Below, piece after piece: positions 26,040 through 28,615 of a stretch of DNA of 28,615 nt. The DNA lies in contig CAZVZC010000025.1 of NCBI GenBank assembly GCA_964631415.1, forward strand, positions 1 to 28,615. Reading direction: 5' to 3'. Each line of letters opens with the position of its first letter. The first letter of the stretch is position 1. This DNA comes from an uncultured archaeon. Lineage in GTDB: Archaea > Asgardarchaeota > Thorarchaeia > Thorarchaeales > Thorarchaeaceae. A program made the translations under genes and the position numbers. The notes under the pieces were generated by a model, which saw only the letters and a list, made by a program, of their open reading frames with translations, ran no database searches and was not told the origin of the DNA.

Positions 26040-28040
26040 TCAGACCTCCCTCGTTTCTACTAGGCCGAGCCTCCTAAGGTCTTCGACGATTCCGAGGAGC
26101 GTCTTCTGATCCATACGTCCGAACTGCATGCAGAGGCGGTTCCATATGTCCGTCAGTGGCTTCCACTCCATTGAGAGATTGAGGATTTCATCAATCCGTT
26201 CAAAGATCTGTGTATCAAACTCTCTGAAATCCAAATACTTGATGAGCATCTCGTCACTTGATCTCGCTAGGTGGCTTGGATCGAGCGCATACCTTACCCG
26301 GCGTTTCACTTCGAGGTCAAGGCTTTCTTTGTCTATCTGGAAATGCTCTTCTTCCTTCGCCTCTAGACCGGCTTCAGCACAGGCCCCTTCGTATGCCCTT
26401 CTAGCGATAATCATCTCAGCGGCATAACTCATCTCAAGACCCGCTCTCAAAGCCTGTCTAAGAGCCTCTTGCTCCTCTATGAGCGGCCACTCTTCGGAGG
26501 CGGCATTGAGGGTGGCCTGCCCGAGTTCGTGTGCCAACCCCAGCCACTTGAGATACCTTGGATAGAGAGTTTCTGGGTCGTCGATGCAGGAAGACAGATC
26601 GGTCACAGCCTTTTCGCCCACCCTGTGCAGCAGTTCGATTGCCTCGTTTCTCGCGGCTGTCAAAATCAGTTCTTTCATCACACGGTGGGGTAGTCCTAGG
26701 GATAGGGCACTGAGAATCACGGTTCTGGTCACGAACTCCATCTGGACTGGGTCAATCTTGTCGGGCGTGTCGGTCGATGTGTGATAGAACCTGTCAGGGA
26801 ACTGATTGATCATCACTGCGGGAATCCCCAGCGTCGAATCAACAAAGAGCAGGTGATCGCTGCCTGCAGAGTAGACATCGTAGCTCCACTTGATCGGACA
26901 GACACTGCCGCCAAGTGGATGCTTGGGTTTTCTTGCGACCTCGCTGTTCAACCAGTAGCGAATTAGGTTGTTGAGTGTTGTTGGCAGTGAGTAAGGCGTT
27001 CTGTAGAGGTGAAGTAGAGACCCGGACTTCGCTGGATCAGCTCCCACCATGTCGACGTTCACCATAGCCTTGCACCTGGATATCAGGTCTTTCTCATTAT
27101 GGACAAGCTTGATTGTCCCACTCCACTCTGGCAGCCAAAGAAACCTGATAGATCTGCTGGGCTCGGGCACAACTCCCTCGGCAATTAGCTTCGATATCAC
27201 TCTGAGAGACTCAAGAAGCACGGCAGCGCCAGACGCATTGTCATTTGCGCTTGGGTGGGGGTGGCAGATGTGAGCTACGAACCATACCTCATCCGATGTT
27301 TCCTTCCCCTTGATGAGCGCAGACACGATCTCGATCTTGCCGGTCCCAAGCTTGGCATCTACCTTTGCGCTCACCGTCACTCTCTTGCCTTGGTCAAGCC
27401 ACTTCTTGATCTTCACAGCGTCCGACTGCGTCAACGCAAAGCCAAAACGAGTCTTGTTCGCTTCACCCGGTCTTGGCCAGATTGCACTGTACGGCCTAAG
27501 GTTGCCAATCTCGTCTGAACCTGAGGGTGCCGTATACATGAGCACGCCGGCTGCATTCCTCTGAATACAGGCATTCCTATGCACATACGAGGCTCTGCCC
27601 TCTGCAAGTACAATCTTGCCAGCCACGTCTTTGTTCTCGAAATCGCTGGGCTTCAGCCCCTTCCCGACATATACAACCTCGGCCTCGACATCAGCTGAGC
27701 ACGAGTGCGCCACAAGAGAGATCGGTTCAACCTCGAAGTCCGCGAGTGTACGCCGCTCTGGCTCCGTGAGTTCCAGTCTTCCCGATTTCGGGAACCAACC
27801 ATAGATCTCTTCCCACGTTTCGATGGAACCTTGTCCGGCTGCGGGGTATTCGAAGACCTTCAGCTCCGCTTTTGACACTCTGGCTATCTCGTTCTTCAGA
27901 TACTCCACAGCATCATGAATACCAGGACTTGCTTGGATCCTGTGAAAGCGGGTGAGGTCTCTTACATAGTCCACTGCATGCAGGCCTGATACAGTATCAG
28001 CGACCGCCTCAACGACCTCTTCAGGTAGCATATGTACCAT
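26040..28040 (-). CDS. M28-family aminopeptidase-like protein (DUF4910) with PA domain
   Basis: HRIQAS.G, PA insert VYVGKG...DVAGKIVL, AHICHP..SANDNASG, PE, NVDMVG, GSDH, YHTSTDT. Confidence 0.88.
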   Translation of the reverse strand: MVHMLPEEVVEAVADTVSGLHAVDYVRDLTRFHRIQASPGIHDAVEYLKNEIARVSKAELKVFEYPAAGQGSIETWEEIYGWFPKSGRLELTEPERRTLADFEVEPISLVAHSCSADVEAEVVYVGKGLKPSDFENKDVAGKIVLAEGRASYVHRNACIQRNAAGVLMYTAPSGSDEIGNLRPYSAIWPRPGEANKTRFGFALTQSDAVKIKKWLDQGKRVTVSAKVDAKLGTGKIEIVSALIKGKETSDEVWFVAHICHPHPSANDNASGAAVLLESLRVISKLIAEGVVPEPSRSIRFLWLPEWSGTIKLVHNEKDLISRCKAMVNVDMVGADPAKSGSLLHLYRTPYSLPTTLNNLIRYWLNSEVARKPKHPLGGSVCPIKWSYDVYSAGSDHLLFVDSTLGIPAVMINQFPDRFYHTSTDTPDKIDPVQMEFVTRTVILSALSLGLPHRVMKELILTAARNEAIELLHRVGEKAVTDLSSCIDDPETLYPRYLKWLGLAHELGQATLNAASEEWPLIEEQEALRQALRAGLEMSYAAEMIIARRAYEGACAEAGLEAKEEEHFQIDKESLDLEVKRRVRYALDPSHLARSSDEMLIKYLDFREFDTQIFERIDEILNLSMEWKPLTDIWNRLCMQFGRMDQKTLLGIVEDLRRLGLVETREV

Positions 28041-28210
28041 TCACCACAGCAGGTCAGTGAAACAGCCCCATAAGTAATCTACTACTGTCGCCCTTCGGTC
28101 ATAGTCCAGGTCCAGTCCATACGGAGAGGTAGTCACAAGGTCTGTCCGACGAATCTTTTTTACTTGGCGAAACTGGACGACTCCGCTAGCACTAGGTGAG
28201 GACTAAAGAC

Positions 28211-28615
28211 ATGTCTGACCTTACTCCCCTGACATTAGCAGTTCAGTTCATCCCTACAATCATCGTGACATTTGCATACCTGCTGTTCTTCCGCCATCGC
28301 AGGAACCGGTTCATTGAGGCCTTCATTCTCCTCATGGTGATCAAGGTTGTATCATTCTTCCTGTACTACATCTGGACGTATCCAGAGGCGGTGCCTCCAG
28401 GATTCAATGATCAAATCGGGGGAGGTGACCTGTACTGGATTCTTCTCACTGACTTCCTGTTCCAGTTCTCCTACAGCCTTCAAGAGTTCTTCACTTGGGT
28501 GATGGTGTCTTTTGTGGCTGTGCTGTTTGGGCAACTCGTCTTGTTGGTGAAGCTTTCCCTTCAAGAGCCCTTGAAAATGCGGTTTCACAATGTCATACAC
28601 CGAATGACTGGGAAG
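28211..28615 (+). CDS. Multi-TM membrane protein, N-terminal part (truncated by window edge)
   Basis: Manual translation (not in ORF track): MSDLTPLTLAVQFIPTIIVTFAYLLFFRHRRNRFIEAFILLMVIKVVSFFLYYIW..., open to the window end; GGTGAGG SD-like motif upstream. Confidence 0.8.
   Translation, partial: MSDLTPLTLAVQFIPTIIVTFAYLLFFRHRRNRFIEAFILLMVIKVVSFFLYYIWTYPEAVPPGFNDQIGGGDLYWILLTDFLFQFSYSLQEFFTWVMVSFVAVLFGQLVLLVKLSLQEPLKMRFHNVIHRMTGK

Overview
Gene-dense archaeal chromosomal window, most likely an Asgard archaeon such as Thorarchaeia (inferred from archaeal-type SAM synthetase, TrpRS, GlyRS and CoaD, TATA-like promoters and eukaryote-like helical proteins). It holds about 27 CDS. Housekeeping and metabolic genes: partial group 3b hydrogenase beta subunit, Fe-S flavoprotein, mat, trpS, glyS, class II HMG-CoA reductase, AlaX, coaD, M28 peptidase, RACo-like activator, UspA. 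Membrane genes: SPFH-zinc ribbon protein, two paralogous zinc-ribbon membrane proteins, GT-C glycosyltransferase, 7TM protein. No rRNA, tRNA, CRISPR array or transposase was seen. Most notable: (1) a 185-nt non-coding element present twice in direct orientation (9506-9690 and 14420-14604, 23 substitutions, no indels) with compensatory base-pair changes, a candidate undescribed structured RNA or small element; (2) a helical protein resembling both eukaryotic CINP and C1orf109; (3) a convergent pair of SNAP-like solenoid proteins; (4) a coaD ORF lacking a proper start codon, in frame behind the UGA of the upstream peptidase. Family assignments come from motif recognition and recalled sequences, not database searches.
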